This document shows positions 22,050 to 35,254 of a stretch of DNA of 64,000 bases, one piece after another (position 1 is the stretch's first letter; the number at the start of each line of letters is the position of its first letter). The DNA comes from the human T2T-CHM13v2.0 reference genome, Homo sapiens. The notes beneath the pieces were generated by a model, which saw nothing but the letters and a program-made list of their open reading frames with translations, did no database searches and had not been told where the DNA came from. The stretch lies in assembly GCF_009914755.1 (NCBI RefSeq), contig NC_060934.1, one strand, 5' to 3'. A program made the translations under genes and the position numbers.

Positions 22050-22180
22050 TTTCATCTACCAATACATATTAAGCACCTACTATGTAAAAGACTGTTCTAA
22101 ACACGAAATAAAGCAGACAACCAGTCAGATACTGGCCCTCCCTTTGGGATGTCTATGGTCTAGCTGGGCAGACAGAAAAG
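22050..22180 (-). mobile_element. L2 3' fragment
   Basis: TATTAAGCACCTACTATGT...GGCCCTC...GTCTAGCTGGGCAGACAGA. Confidence 0.65.
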
Positions 22181-23635
22181 GAACAAGTACTAATTATTAT
22201 AAGTTGCTGCTAAATGAGCATTATAAAGGTTATCTTGAGCTCGTTTGGAGAAACTGTGCTAAATAAATGATTAACTTTAATACTATAAATAATGTTAAAC
22301 CCTTGTGTTTATGAATAATTAAAGGTGCTTCCATTATAGAAACTCAGAGCTCAGGGCACCTCCTGTTCCTTCTCAGAGCGGCCGTCCTGGCTTGCAGCTG
22401 CAACTCCACCATCTCCCTGTGGGTTTTCCCTCAGTGCACGTGGGCTGGTGCCTGTCTCGCCTGTGGGAGAGATGTGGGTGAGCCGTTTGGAGCCAAAGTC
22501 AGACTCTCCGATCAGAGTACTCAGTAAATATTTACAGTATTTCCTTCTCACATCAAATGCCGGGGATAATCAGAAAAACTAATGAACTCAGGCTGACCCC
22601 TGTTGCGCTATAATAAATATTTATGTGGTGCATTTTGGGAGGCTGGCCATGGGACTGTGAGGAAGTGGCTGTGGCACTTTCTTCTAAAGAAGTCATCAAC
22701 ATCGCTCTATTTCCAAACATCCAGAACAAAGTCAGGGGACAGTGAAACATCCCACTGGGGGATGATGAATGCTTGAGCCCTCTTGTATCCCGGAGATTGG
22801 CAGCACGCTGTTGGCAGGTCGGTAGTGAATTAGTGGGAGCCTGTGCTTTCTGGCAAGGCTGCTGAGTCCATCGGAGTTGGGAGATCAGGTGAATGGAACT
22901 GCATATTTTGGGCCACTCAAGTTTGCTGTAAATGCTGTTGCCTTTTACAGTATTTAAGTTCCAAGTGTACGAGAAGGCTATTGGGGGGCCCACTTCCTGA
23001 ATTGGTGACCAGACTAGAGTGTGAGGCAATGACTTGGTAGGCTATGATGATAAAGAAAGATTCATAACCCCAAACTTGAGTTGGGAGGCACTGCTGAGTT
23101 ATGCTTAGAAAAGGGTCCAAAAGCTTCCAAGGAATTTTGCTTCTTTTAAAAAATATCCAGGTGAGAGAATATGGCTCTGTGCTAAGTTGGGTGTCTGAGA
23201 GCTTTGGTGATCATTACATAGAGGTGTTGGAATCTGCCGGGCATTGCTTGCTTTTCTCTCTGTTTGCCACTTGGCCCAGTTGTGTTAAGCTGCTCCAGGA
23301 CTCCCAGGGTATCTGGGGGAGCTGGCTGAGGTCTCCGCAACTTGTCTTTTTACTACCACCGAGGAAGAAACTAATGTCAGCATGCTTGCCAGATGCAGAC
23401 GGAGTTCTGTGCTCACATATGGCATCTCGTCTCATATCTGGGAAGGAAATGTTGAAATAACCTAGGAAGGATACATCTGGAATGGAGTAGAAATGCTATC
23501 TCCTGCAACATCTCTTCTCAAGATTCTCTTTTCTAGGAAAGGTGGCCCAGAAGATCAGAATTCAGACCCTATGCTGGCCAAGATTGGGTCCAAATCAACA
23601 CAGGTGGGGCAGGAAAAGGGACAAGGAGAGGCATG

Positions 23636-23730
23636 CAGATTGTGAACTCCCCCCAGGCAGAAACTCAGTTTGGATGATTCATATTTATATCCCTTCTTCC
23701 CTCCCAGGATCAAGACAGGTGGTAATTTCT
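23636..23730 (+). mobile_element. L2 3' fragment
   Basis: AGATTGTGAACTCC..AGGCAGA...ATTCAT.TTTATATCCC. Confidence 0.45.
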
Positions 23731-24807
23731 TACCAGTAGGTAAAAAAATTCAATCATTTCTCCATCCTGATATACATGTGTGGCTTTGGTTGTATATACA
23801 AGTATACCCAACCGGTTTGGTCATTTGCACTCACTCAGTTAATTAACACATTTGAGAGAAAAGTTGTTTTTAATAAAAAGTTGAAAAAGGCTTTTGACTT
23901 TTGGGGGATTGAACAAACCCACAAAATTAGTCAAAAGGATTGAACCAATTTAAAGATAGAATCAGCCATTCCTACCTAGCTCCAAACATAAGTAGGTGGC
24001 AGATGTTGGCACACACACCTAGCCATGGCTTGGGGTGAAGAAATCACCACTTGGCCAAGATGCCTCCATGCTTCCTGCACTCCTCAGACTCCTCCAGATG
24101 TGGCTCTGCCATCTGGGAAAAGTCATCTTCCTGCCAATGTCTTGGAAACTTTAAGCTAATGGCCCGTTGCATTGTAACTGTGCATTTGGGGTTTGCTTTC
24201 CAGCTTTTTCCTGGGTGGCTTGAGGAAGTTCATGCATTAAAGGACAATGCTTGGCCAAATAAAGGGAACTGAGCTATCTCATGGAAGTGGAAAGAAGAGT
24301 CATTGCTTTGAGGGACTTGGCTAAGTAGATTTTTGGATTTGGGCAATGACCTGGGCTGGACATTTTTAGCAGCAGAAGCCAAAAAGGAAATGCCCTGGGC
24401 GACATGGTGTCTGCCCTCTCCTAGCAGAGAACATACCCATTCATTAGCATCATCTGGTTGGGGGTGGACATGGAGAAGTCTGCAGGCACAGGGAGAATCA
24501 GGAGTAACAGTCTGTAACTCGGTGGATTGTGATGTAATTTTCCATTATCACATGAAAAGCCAGAGGATGATTTCATTCCACTTTTGTCTCCTAAACAATT
24601 TTGACTTCCTGTTTAACACTAAGTTAGCACTTCTCTGTGGCCAAGCTGTGACGTTTGTTGAGGACTTGTCCCCATGATTTTCTGGTTTTGGGATCCCCAC
24701 GTCTATCCACCCACTTGGTCAAATCTGTGAAGTTTCATGGTCCTCTGAGATATGTCCCAGGCAAGGTGGGTGACGGATATCTCTAGCAGGAGGGAGCAAG
24801 AGGGACT

Positions 24808-24900
24808 GATCACTTGATTTCTTCATCTATACAATGGAGATGATTTTTCTTGCCTCTTGGAATGGTTATAAGTATGCAATGAGGCCATATTTGTGAATCA
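24808..24900 (+). mobile_element. MIR fragment
   Basis: TTTCTTCATCTATACAATGGAGATGAT...GGTTATAAG. Confidence 0.5.
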
Positions 24901-25101
24901 TGAGTACCTCCTGCAACTCCAGTGCAGAGGAGGTGCTCAGAGAATTCCAGCATCTTTCCTCTGTGGCAGAGCAGGACCTTGCACACAATCACAGGATTGA
25001 GAGCCCTGGAGGAGGGTGGAGCTCCACAAGGCTCTGGTTGGCAGGGGTGGCCTTTTGCCCATCTCTTGCCGCAGTCTCCTGTAGATAGAAAGACCCAGGA
25101 C

Positions 25102-25190
25102 TGTGCTTCTTAACTCTCTTTTTGGGACGTGATCTATTTGAGAATCAAATAAAATCCATGGTCCCTTTTCCTACAAAAATGAACATGTAA
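25102..25190. mobile_element. Charlie4z-like hAT fragment
   Basis: TTCTTAAC...TTTGAGAATC...ATGGTCCC..TCC..AAAAATGAACAT. Confidence 0.5.
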
Positions 25191-25194
25191 GTAG

Positions 25195-25877
25195 GAATGA
25201 CGGCAACTTTTATGGAGTACTGACCCTGTGCCAGGCCTTATGCTGAATGTTTCCATGGATTATCTAACCTCTGAACAAGCCTCAAAGGCAGATACTATTT
25301 ATTCTCGCCAAATGCAAATACTGAGGCATAGAAAGTTAAGTAACTCAGCCACAGCTATACTTTGTGCATTCGTTTCCTAGGGTTGCCATAAGGAAGCATA
25401 GCTGGTGCCCTGAACAACAGAAATGTATTCTTTCATGGTTCTGGGGGCTGGATCTGAACTAGAGCTCAAAGTGTGGGCAGGGCCGTACTCTCTTAAGGTA
25501 GAGTCTGTGCCATGCCTTTCTTCTGGCTGCTGGTGTTGCTGGCCATGCTTGGCAGTCTTTGGCTTGCAGCTGAATAACTCCAGTCTCTGCCTCTATGCTC
25601 ACATCTTTCTCTATGTCTGTCTGTGTCTCTTCTTCCTCTTTTTTTAAAAGGACGCCAGTCATGTTGGGCTAGGGATCCCACCCTAATGACCTCATTTTAA
25701 CTAATTACATCTGCAAGGACCCAATTTGCAAATAAGGTCACATTCTGTGGTATTGGGGGCTAGGACTTGACCATATCTTTTTGGAGGACACAATCAACCC
25801 ATACCACTTACTAAGTAGTAAAGTCAGGGTTGAACCTGGGTACCCTTGCTTCTGAGCCTGATTCTTTAAACCCTATG
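25195..25877 (-). mobile_element. MIR SINE interrupted by MLT1 LTR
   Basis: TGTGCCAGGC...ACTGAGGCATAGAAAGTTAAGTAACT [LTR] CTAAGTAGTAAAGTCAGGGTTGAACC. Confidence 0.7.
25363..25806 (-). mobile_element. MLT1C-like solo LTR
   Basis: GTTTCCTAGGGTTGCCATAA...AACAACAGAAAT...TTACATCTGCAAGGACC...AAATAAGGTCACATTCTG...CAACCCATA. Confidence 0.85.
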
Positions 25878-26911
25878 TTGAATTACTTCCCTAAAAACAC
25901 ACAGATGCACTCACGCCAAAACATGGCGTATGTCAAGGGGTTCTGGACCCCCTCCCCAAAGCCTACCATGGACATTGGATGGTTACAGTGACCTTCCCTT
26001 CCCATCCAGAAAACTTGGCTCAGGAGGCTAGACTCAGGGACAGGTACCTGGAAGGCCAAGGATAGGAGGCCAGGGCAGAAGAGGGAGGGCAGGGGGAAGT
26101 GCCCTCCCAGCACCTGGCTCAGGAGGCAGGGGTCTGAAGCCCTCCACCTGGTGAGTGGCCCAGAGTGTGCCCTGGACTTGTGGGCACCATCCTCAGAGGA
26201 ACAAACAGAAACCAGGATAGAATTTCCTCACCACCACGATTTTTAAAGCACCTATTTCGTTTCCCAGCACAGTGCTGGGAAGCAGGGATCCTAAGGGGTC
26301 CTAAATTTAGAAACCATTTTGGCCCTCCAAAAATTTAGGACCTGTTAGTATAAAAGTCAAGAGATGCTGTGAATCAGAAACTTGGTGAGTGGGCAACAGC
26401 CAAGCAGACAAACACAGCCAAATCCAGCAGAAATAGAGAGCCCCAGGAATCAAAGAAGGGGATTAGGAACATACAGAAGGAAGTGAGAATTCAGGACAGC
26501 CGTCAGGGCAGCGAGCGCCGAATGCTCCAGCAAGGTCAGGACGACGCCTGGAATCCAGGCCGTTCTTCTCACTGATCTCGGGCCTGCCCGGCCCTTTCAT
26601 GCCTCTGTGCTGTCGTCCATGCTGTGCCTTCAGCATAAAATGGCCCCTGGGCCTCCTCTGTGTCAAGCAAGCTCCCCTTCATCCTTGAAATTTCCTAGAG
26701 ATTGAGCTTCAGTGCCACATTCTTTGCAGGTTTGGCTGCTCCTAGCTCTATCCCCTCCACCCTTTGTTCTGTTATCACTGGGGGCCTCATGTCCCCGTTT
26801 ATGGCCTGCCTCACCCGGTAGACAATGGGACCTTGAAAGCAGAACATCACCTTCTTCACCCTTTGATCTCCAGAGCACAGGATAGCACCTGTCTCCTAGT
26901 TAGACAATCTG

Positions 26912-27259
26912 TGTCTTTGTCTGTCTGGGCTGCTAAAGCAAAATACCTTAGAGTGGGTAATTGAAAAACAACAGAAATATATTGCTCACAGTTCTGGGGG
27001 CTGGGAAGTCCAAGATCAAGGTGCTGGCAGATTCAGAATCTGTTAAGGGCCCTCCTTCTCCTAGATGGGCCTTCTTGCTGCATCCTCAGGTGGTGAAAGG
27101 GTGAGAGGTGAAGGAGTGCCCTCAGGCCTCTTTTATAAGGGCACTAATCCCATTCATCTGGGCTCATTGAGAGGCCCCCCCCCCCCATCTTAATACCACA
27201 TTGGAGATTAGGTTTCAACATAGAATTTTGGTAGGGGCATACATGTTTAGACCATAACA
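26912..27259 (-). mobile_element. MLT1A0-like solo LTR (contains a C12 run)
   Basis: GGGCTGCTA..CAAAATACC...CTCACAGTTCTGG.GGCTGGGAAGTCCAAGATCAAGG...TATAAGGGCACTAATCCCATTCAT...GACCATAACA. Confidence 0.9.
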
Positions 27260-27429
27260 GTCAGTATGTGGGGAGGTTTGTTGACTGGATATATGAAGGC
27301 CTTGTAATAGGCCCAAGCTCACAGGTAAGAGTGAGGAATTGGGCATACCTGTTTGAAAGGAATGGCTGGCGAGACATACGAAGACAGGTGGGTGTGTCTT
27401 CATCTGATGTCTCTTTAATCAATGGCTTC

Positions 27430-27680
27430 ATGATGAAGGCTTGGAGGCGCATGTCCCAGGTTTAAAACCTGGCTTCTAAACATCTGTGTGTCCTTGGGCA
27501 AGTGACTTGACCTCCCTGATCCTCAATTTTCTCACTTGTAAAATGGCAATATTAACTACACTACCTACTTGGCAGGGGTGTGTGTGGAGGGTGTATGTGA
27601 GAGTGAGATGAACTCATGTAACATGTTCAGCACAGTACCAGACACAGAGATAAACATTCAATAAATAGTTACTGTTGTGA
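27430..27680 (+). mobile_element. MIR SINE
   Basis: CTGTGTGTCCTTGGGCAAGTGACTTGACCTC...TGTAAAATGG...CAATAAATAGTTA. Confidence 0.8.
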
Positions 27681-28263
27681 ATAATATTGTTGTCACTGTG
27701 ATAAGAATGATTCAAGTCGAACGCACCTAAACAGCTATGATCCTAGGTTAGCTTAATAAGAAACATTTAACCCAGCCCCTTTTGTTGGGCACAGCTCTCA
27801 ACAACAGCTACAAAAATCCTTTCAAGATTGGCAAGAATGTTCTTTCAAATGATGCAGGCTCTTGACACAATGTATATTTTCAAGACCCAAAAGTTTCCTG
27901 AAAAATTACATGTTCAGGGGTCTATTACCCTTTCAACAATAGTTCACGAATCCTGAAAGTGCAGTGTTTGATCCTTTCTCCTCAGTAAGACTGAGATGAG
28001 GAAATCATATTCATTGTCAGAGTCAGCTGTGAAATCCTCAGATGGCAGAGGGAGGAAGGGGCTCTGCAGGAGGGCGAGCCCCCTGGTGTGAGATGAAAAA
28101 GGAGCAGGAAAGGACAGGCACTCACCCAAACTCCTCACCAAGAGACTCCTGGAACTTTCCTTCTGCACATTCAAAATGTCTCTTTTCCTTTCAAATACAG
28201 GTATGTATTTCTGAGCTGTGAGCATTCTGAGACCATTCTGAAGTGACCTGGCACAAAGTTGTA

Positions 28264-28398
28264 GCTCTGGGCTCTGGTTCTTATCCCATCACCAGTTCAC
28301 TGTGTGCCTTTCGACAAGTTACTTAACCTCTCTGAGCCTGGTTTCCTTAATCTACAAAAGGTGTACTGGACTTATGGATGAAGGCACTTTCCAGCTTT
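28264..28398 (+). mobile_element. MIR3-like SINE
   Basis: CAAGTTACTTAACCTCTCTGAGCCT..TTTCC...GGACT...AAGG..CTTTCCAGCT. Confidence 0.7.
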
Positions 28399-28475
28399 GG
28401 CCTTCGTTGATGTTTATGTCTAGGAGGTAGCTTTTCTCTCCACCGGTGGTGTGAAATTGCTGTTCACATTGACAA

Positions 28476-28675
28476 GGTCAGCCAGAGCTGGGTTCAGGTC
28501 TCAACATAATCTCCTAACCAGCCAAGGGACTTGGGGCATGTCTCTTATGATCACTAACCTTCAGTTTCCTCTTCTGCAAAATGACAGAAACCTTACCTGC
28601 CTGGCTGGGCTCTGGGGAAGACTAAATGAAGTATCTTGTGTTTCTAGCCCAGACTCTGGCACTAGCCAGGCCTTG
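28476..28675 (+). mobile_element. MIR SINE
   Basis: CTGGGTTC...TCAGTTTCCTCTTCTGCAAAATG...AAGACTAAATGA. Confidence 0.6.
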
Positions 28676-28896
28676 GAGAAGTTCGGTTTCTCTTTTTTCC
28701 TAACACCCATCTTCCCTGACTTCCTTTCTCATATAGTTGTTCTGCCACTTCCTCCCCATTTCCACAAAGCCCAGACCAGGAAAGTGAAAGTCAGGGTTAC
28801 CATCCTTCTCCTATGAATCAATGGACCAGCCCTGTTTTCCACTCCCCTGCCCAAAATTGTGGCTAAGCGCCCTTTCCAAATTCATGAGCATTCCTC

Positions 28897-29110
28897 TGAT
28901 GATGATGATGATGATGTAAGCAACATCTATTGCATGTGGCAGGCTCCAAGCTGAGTGCTTTGGGGACATTCTTTCACTTCTCATACATGAGGATGGTATT
29001 ATAACCATTTAACAGATGAGGAAACTGATGCCTAGGAATGATTAATTGGTAACTTCCCCCATCAGTAGGAAAATAGTCAACATCTTGGGTGGGATCCCAA
29101 TCTCTTGATG
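28897..29110 (-). mobile_element. MIR SINE with (GAT)6 at its tail
   Basis: GATGATGATGATGATGATG then CCATTTAACAGATGAGGAAACTGA. Confidence 0.65.
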
Positions 29111-29562
29111 GCCTAGGTGTTTATCCCTACTGCCCTGATAATGAACCTCCTGCTTCTCAAAACCCTGAACATTAGAGTGGGCTTAAGTCAAAGCCTTTAG
29201 CCAGGTAGGAAGGAACAGGATGTGCAAGCATGGTGGGCCAGGGAGGACGGCAGCCAGCAGTGACGGTGTCACTGGGTTGGGAGTGAGGCTGAAGCCTGGT
29301 GGCCCCCTCCCCCACACCTTCTACCTACTTTGGCTCTGTGGCTGTCACAGTGTGAAAAATGATCTCCCAGTGACATTGACAGGCCAGACTCTGATTGGCC
29401 GTTAGCCTCAACTGTGCCAAAGCTCATGCACAGAGCTGGGAGCTGGGAGCTGGGAGAAGCGAGGCATGAGGCTTGGAATTACCCAATGGCCGACTGTGAC
29501 CCTGGGAGCTTAGCTTATTCCCCTGCATCTTTCTGCCTGAGAAAGGGTGAAGGGGAATCTAG

Positions 29563-29885
<323 letters not shown>

Positions 29886-30050
29886 GTGTGTTTGTATTTG
29901 CTGCCAGGAACTCCTAAGCTGCAATGTGAGGAGGATCTGGGAGTGGTGTGGCTCCTCTCTGGCTGAATGAGTGGAAAAGAGGAAATGGGGAGTGGTGCTC
30001 ATGAACCTGGGGCTGGAGAGCAAGTTGCTTCCAGTTGTGAGCAGAGCTAG

Positions 30051-30440
<390 letters not shown>

Positions 30441-30589
30441 CTGGGATTCTGTGCTTTCTACCTGCATGGTTGGCTTGCCTTCCAAGGCTTAAGGCAAGAT
30501 TTTTCCATTCCAGCCCCAGTTCTTCCCCATCAGAGGATGCTAGGGTGGGTATCTAGGCCAGGAGAACTTAGAGGTTGTTAGTTTTACCT

Positions 30590-30785
30590 GGGTTGGAAGC
30601 CTAGGGCTACAAAGTCAGCTGTGTGACCTGAGCAAGACACTGAAGTACTATAGGCTTCAGTTGCCTCATCTGTGCAGTTGGCATAAAAATAGGCCCCACC
30701 TTTTAGGTTAATTGTGTACAAGATGTGGAATGTAAAGCACATATCACTAGCTTGACACATGGTAGGTGCTCATTTAATATCATTC
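30590..30785 (+). mobile_element. MIR SINE
   Basis: AGCTGTGTGACCTGAGCAAG...TCAGTTGCCTCATCTGT...TGTAAAGCAC...TAGGTGCTCA. Confidence 0.7.
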
Positions 30786-30984
30786 TTATTGGTAGCAGAA
30801 CTTGCACAATCTCTTAGACATGTCTTTGGGTCATAACATTAAATTCATAACATTAAATTCAACTTTGCAACCTTGCAGTAATCTACTTGCCCACACTCCC
30901 AAATCCAACAAGGTGCCCTCTCAGACAAACAGAGGTCTACCAATGACCATGACTGAACTTTATCCAGCCCTGAGTCCCAGGCAG

Positions 30985-31170
30985 AACAATAATCACATTT
31001 ATTATTTGTGAACTTATTTAATCTTCAGTATAACCCTGTGAAGCAAGTACTATGTTGTCTTCATCATCCCCAGTTTTATAGGATGAAGGGATGTGCTCAA
31101 GTGAACATGGCTACTAGGAGGAAGTCAAAGCCAGGATTTGAAAGCAGATTTCCCTGAGTCACTAGGTGTT
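30985..31170 (-). mobile_element. MIR SINE
   Basis: TATTTAATCTTCA..TAACCCTGTGAAG...CCCCAGTTTTATAG...GCCAGGATTTGAA. Confidence 0.65.
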
Positions 31171-31464
31171 GCTGCCTCTCCCATCACAGCTGTGCAAACT
31201 CCAGCCACTTCTCAGCCCCTCTACTCCATCATCTGGTAAAGGAGAGGGCTGAAGATTTCAGAACGGTGGCGAGGGGAAGTTTTGTCCAAAGTCAACCTCC
31301 AGGATATTGGACACAGATATCGTCAGTCTCTGCAGAGGTGGCTTAACTTCTTCCTTAGCCTACAAGACAAAGCACATGTGCTTAACATTCCCTGTGATCA
31401 CCTTGAAGCCAACACAAATGCCAAATTCTCAGTTCAGTGTAATAGAAGGAAAATGTACAGTCTC

Positions 31465-31928
31465 TGTACTAGGTTGAATCAAATCCTCCCAAAATAGATG
31501 TCAAGTCTTAACACTTGACACTTCTGAATGTGACCTTATTTGGACACAGGGTCTTTGCAGATAAAATCAAGTTAAGATGAGGGCATACTGGATTGGGGTG
31601 GCACTAATCAAATGGCTGTTGTCTTTATAAGAAGAGGAAAATTTGGACAAAGACAGAGACACACAGGGAAGACAGACATGTGAAGATAACAGGCAGAGAT
31701 CGGAGTGATGCGTCTATGAGCCCGGGAAGGCCAAGGATTTCTGGCAACCACGGGAATCCCAGAAGTAGCAAGGGAAGATCCTTCCCAAAAGCCTTCAGGG
31801 GGAATGTGCCCTACCCACATCATGGCTGCAGACATCTAGCTCCCAGAATTGGGAGAGGGTACAATGCTGCTGTTTCAAACCACCTAATTTGTGGTAATTT
31901 GTCACTGTAGCTCTAGGAAACTGGTACA
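31465..31928 (+). mobile_element. MLT1C-like solo LTR
   Basis: TGT..GGTTGAAT...GAATGTGACCTTATTTGGA..AGGGTCTTTGCAGAT...CTAGGAAACTGGTACA; near TSD GTCTC/ATCTC. Confidence 0.9.
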
Positions 31929-34900
31929 ATCTCCTAGAAGGGGAATGCTTGCATCATCCTAGAAACCATTTCATCTAAATGTATCTGACAGATGGAGAAA
32001 CTGAGGCTCAGACTTGTGCACCAGCCAGGGTGCATAACTCAGGGCAGAGCAGTAGTCACACCGTGGCAGATAGGACAGGTGGCTGGCGGGTGTTCTCAAA
32101 TCCTCAGTGAACGGCTAGTCCTCAGTGTCACCAAACACAGTAGTGCTTCTGTGCAGTGTGGGGCTGGGGGCTCCATGACACCAGGCCTCCAGCCTCTCTG
32201 TCTCAGTCTTTGGCATGAGTGCTGTGGGCTCTCTGGGAGTGGGCCCCCTTCTCTGGAAGATGCCACGGGGCTCTAACAAAAGCTGTGCTCTGCACCCCTC
32301 TCAGCACTGCATGCGCTCCCCGAGGCAGATTGAGACCTGTGCAGTCTGTGGGTGGTCAAAGCAGGTTTTGAATGTCAAACAGACTTTATGGGCTCCGTTC
32401 TTCGTGCTGTGGAGAGGCCCCCTGGCTGGGGTGGGATCGTTTATAATGTGGTTATGTATTTGAAAGGCTTCCATATGAAAAGATGCTGGGACAATGGCAT
32501 CGACTTGGCGTTCTCTCTCCTAAGTTGAAATATTGAATATACCTGAAGACTTAGTTAACGATCTTTGGGGAGAAGGCATTAGAATCTTGAAGAGGTTTTC
32601 TGATGCACCAAAGACAATGTCAATACTGTCTGAGGCCGCCTCCTCTCCAACCCCCTCCCTGCCTGGGGACTGCAGGGGAGGGATCCTGGCTGATGATTCT
32701 GCCTAGCGGTGCTACCTGGGAGTCAGACAGTGCTGGCAGATTACGACGCTACAAGAAGCCTCTAGAACCAAGCCCACTACCCTATTTAGGGAAATGCACT
32801 TTGCAGCTCTAATTGTCTGAATATTGGAGAGGTGGGATTTGGCCACACAGATAGTTGCCTCATTTGTTTAATTTGTAGGGATAAGTCCAACTCCTTCCTG
32901 ATGACAACACAGTGTCCAGCATCTTTTTTGGGGTAGGGATGTGTTTACCTTCCCCTCTTATTCATTTGCCTGTAATTATTCATCTGTATATTATTCAATG
33001 TTCATTTTTCATCCATGTGCCTGAGTGGATCATGTGGAAAATTCATTGTGAGTAGTTGAAATCTTTGCCTTTTCATTAGATTTTACCATATTTTCACACT
33101 TCTAAGTTTTGTTTTCTTCTTAGAAAACTCTATTGAAATATGAAATCGCTGTTTTCCTCTTAATAACGATTACAGTCAATTCAATGATTGACCATAAGAT
33201 GAGAGATGTTATTTTAGGTTTAGATTGCTGTGTGAGACCTGTCATCAGAGTCAACTGTGCTGAGCTTCCAGAAGCTTCTTTCCTGGCCTTGAGAGAATCT
33301 GAGGAGCAGAGGTGGGTGCTGGCACCCTGACCAGCTTTATCCCTCTCTTTTGTATATTTTACTCTTAAAAAAAAGGTAGCTGCTGTTGCTTTGAATAGGG
33401 GAGAAATACTTGCTTCTCCTGCAGACAACAGCTGGGGGGAAACTTGTGGAAACAGACTCACGTAGGACTAGGATGCTGCTATCCATGGTCCACTCAGCAA
33501 AGATAATCAATCACTTTGACTGAATAGATTAGATTCTTCAGGAAAACAAGTATTTTGAACTAGGGCCTGGACTTTCCCCATTAATTGACCGGTTAGTTGC
33601 CTGAACTGATTTTTCCACCTACATACAGGTAGATTAGCCTCTCAGTTCCCTGGAGGAACTCAGATCAGGAAGTTTCAAGATGGAAGTTCCCATAAGAGAT
33701 TTCTCCAGATCTCTCCCTCCTTCACCTGCCCCCTGCCCTCACCACAAGGCAGCAACCTTACAGAAACGGCCCCCTTGGCCCCTTCCCATGGAGGAGCACG
33801 AAGATGCTCCAGGGCAGAACTTGTTCTGCCCTGTGAACCCAGGGTTCCATCCAGCCTCCCTGCCCCCACCTCCAATGTATGCGCTGGATAAAAACGATGA
33901 GCCACCTCCTTCCCACCACTGCCCCCAAACAGAAGTCTAACCAAGCCTATGCCCATGATATAGAAATTCTTGCCTCACCCTGGGGTTCATAGCATGTCCT
34001 TGTGTCAGGTCATGCAGTCGGTTTTCTAAGGCAGATGAGAATTCTGAGGGTACTCACATGCCAAAGGAGAATACAAGAAGCACCATCCCTCTCCCCAGCA
34101 CTGACCAAATTCACCCCACAGGCCCTTGGCACAGCTGACTACCCAGATGCCACCGGCTTGGCTTCCTTTTCCAGGGGCGTCCCCATGAGCTCCATGTGGG
34201 GCTGTATCCCCACCTGCTCTGCCCTCCTTTTCTTCTGAACATCTCCCCAACCTCCCCACCTCTGACATCACTCCCCATCCTGGAGTTGCCTGTCCTCAGC
34301 CAAGAGCCGGCAACATGACATTTCTCCCTCCCAGGATGCTTCCAAATCCCTTCAGAGGCATCTCTGTCAGGGGGTTCCGAGGCGAGTGTCGCCTCTCAAT
34401 TGCTGAAGAATATATTAAACATTCCTGATAGCGACGCTTTACTCTTAAATACAAAACCAGCCCTTTTCAAAGGCCCCCTGAAGGGCCAAGAACATGCCCT
34501 GACTATAGGGAAGGAAACATTTTATCCAGGCAATTCTTAAGCAGAGAAACACCCAATTGATTCGGCCACTGAAGTGTGAAATCATTTACACAGCGCGCCG
34601 GCAGGGCAGCCACACTGTGCGGAGGCTTCCCGGCCGAGCTTGGGCCCAGCTGGCCCTTGGTAATCATGGCCTCTGCTCTGGCTGGGCCAGCACTGCTGTG
34701 GTCAAGGCCAAAGCTGAGGCACAGACTTAGTTCATTAGTGTGCCCATGGCTGGTGGGGAAGGGCACCCAACAGCCTCATGCCTGCAAATTAATTGTATGC
34801 CAGCGGCTTTGCAGAAGCATCCCTGTTGGGATGTGGCACATGGCATGGAGTCAGTAAGTGTTGAATCTTATCACTAGCCTCATATTCATTAATATTACAC

Positions 34901-35254
34901 TAAATCTGGCCAGGAAGCCCTTTATGTGAAGGGGGCCAGAAGCCAAAATGAACTGCTTGCATCCTGCTCGTTGTCAGGAAGGGACGGTGCAGGGAAGTCA
35001 GCATTGCAATGAATGCTTTTGAGTAATGTCTACCCTGGAGTTTTTTCATGGAGATTCAAATCAGCTTTGTGGAAAATGGGCTCTCGTGGCCAACAGGGCA
35101 ACATGTCACCAGAGGTGTCCAAGCAGAGGCTCGGGACACTCATTTCTGTCCTTGGAGGAGGAATCTTAGCATGGCAAGAGGCATCTGAGTCCCCTCACCC
35201 CCAGCAAACCCTTGCATATTGTATCGGTGCATTAACGAGAGGCCATTTGTCTTT

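Noticed and set aside
22553-23029. 158-aa ORF (-)
   Set aside because: Non-ATG start, no recognisable motif or family
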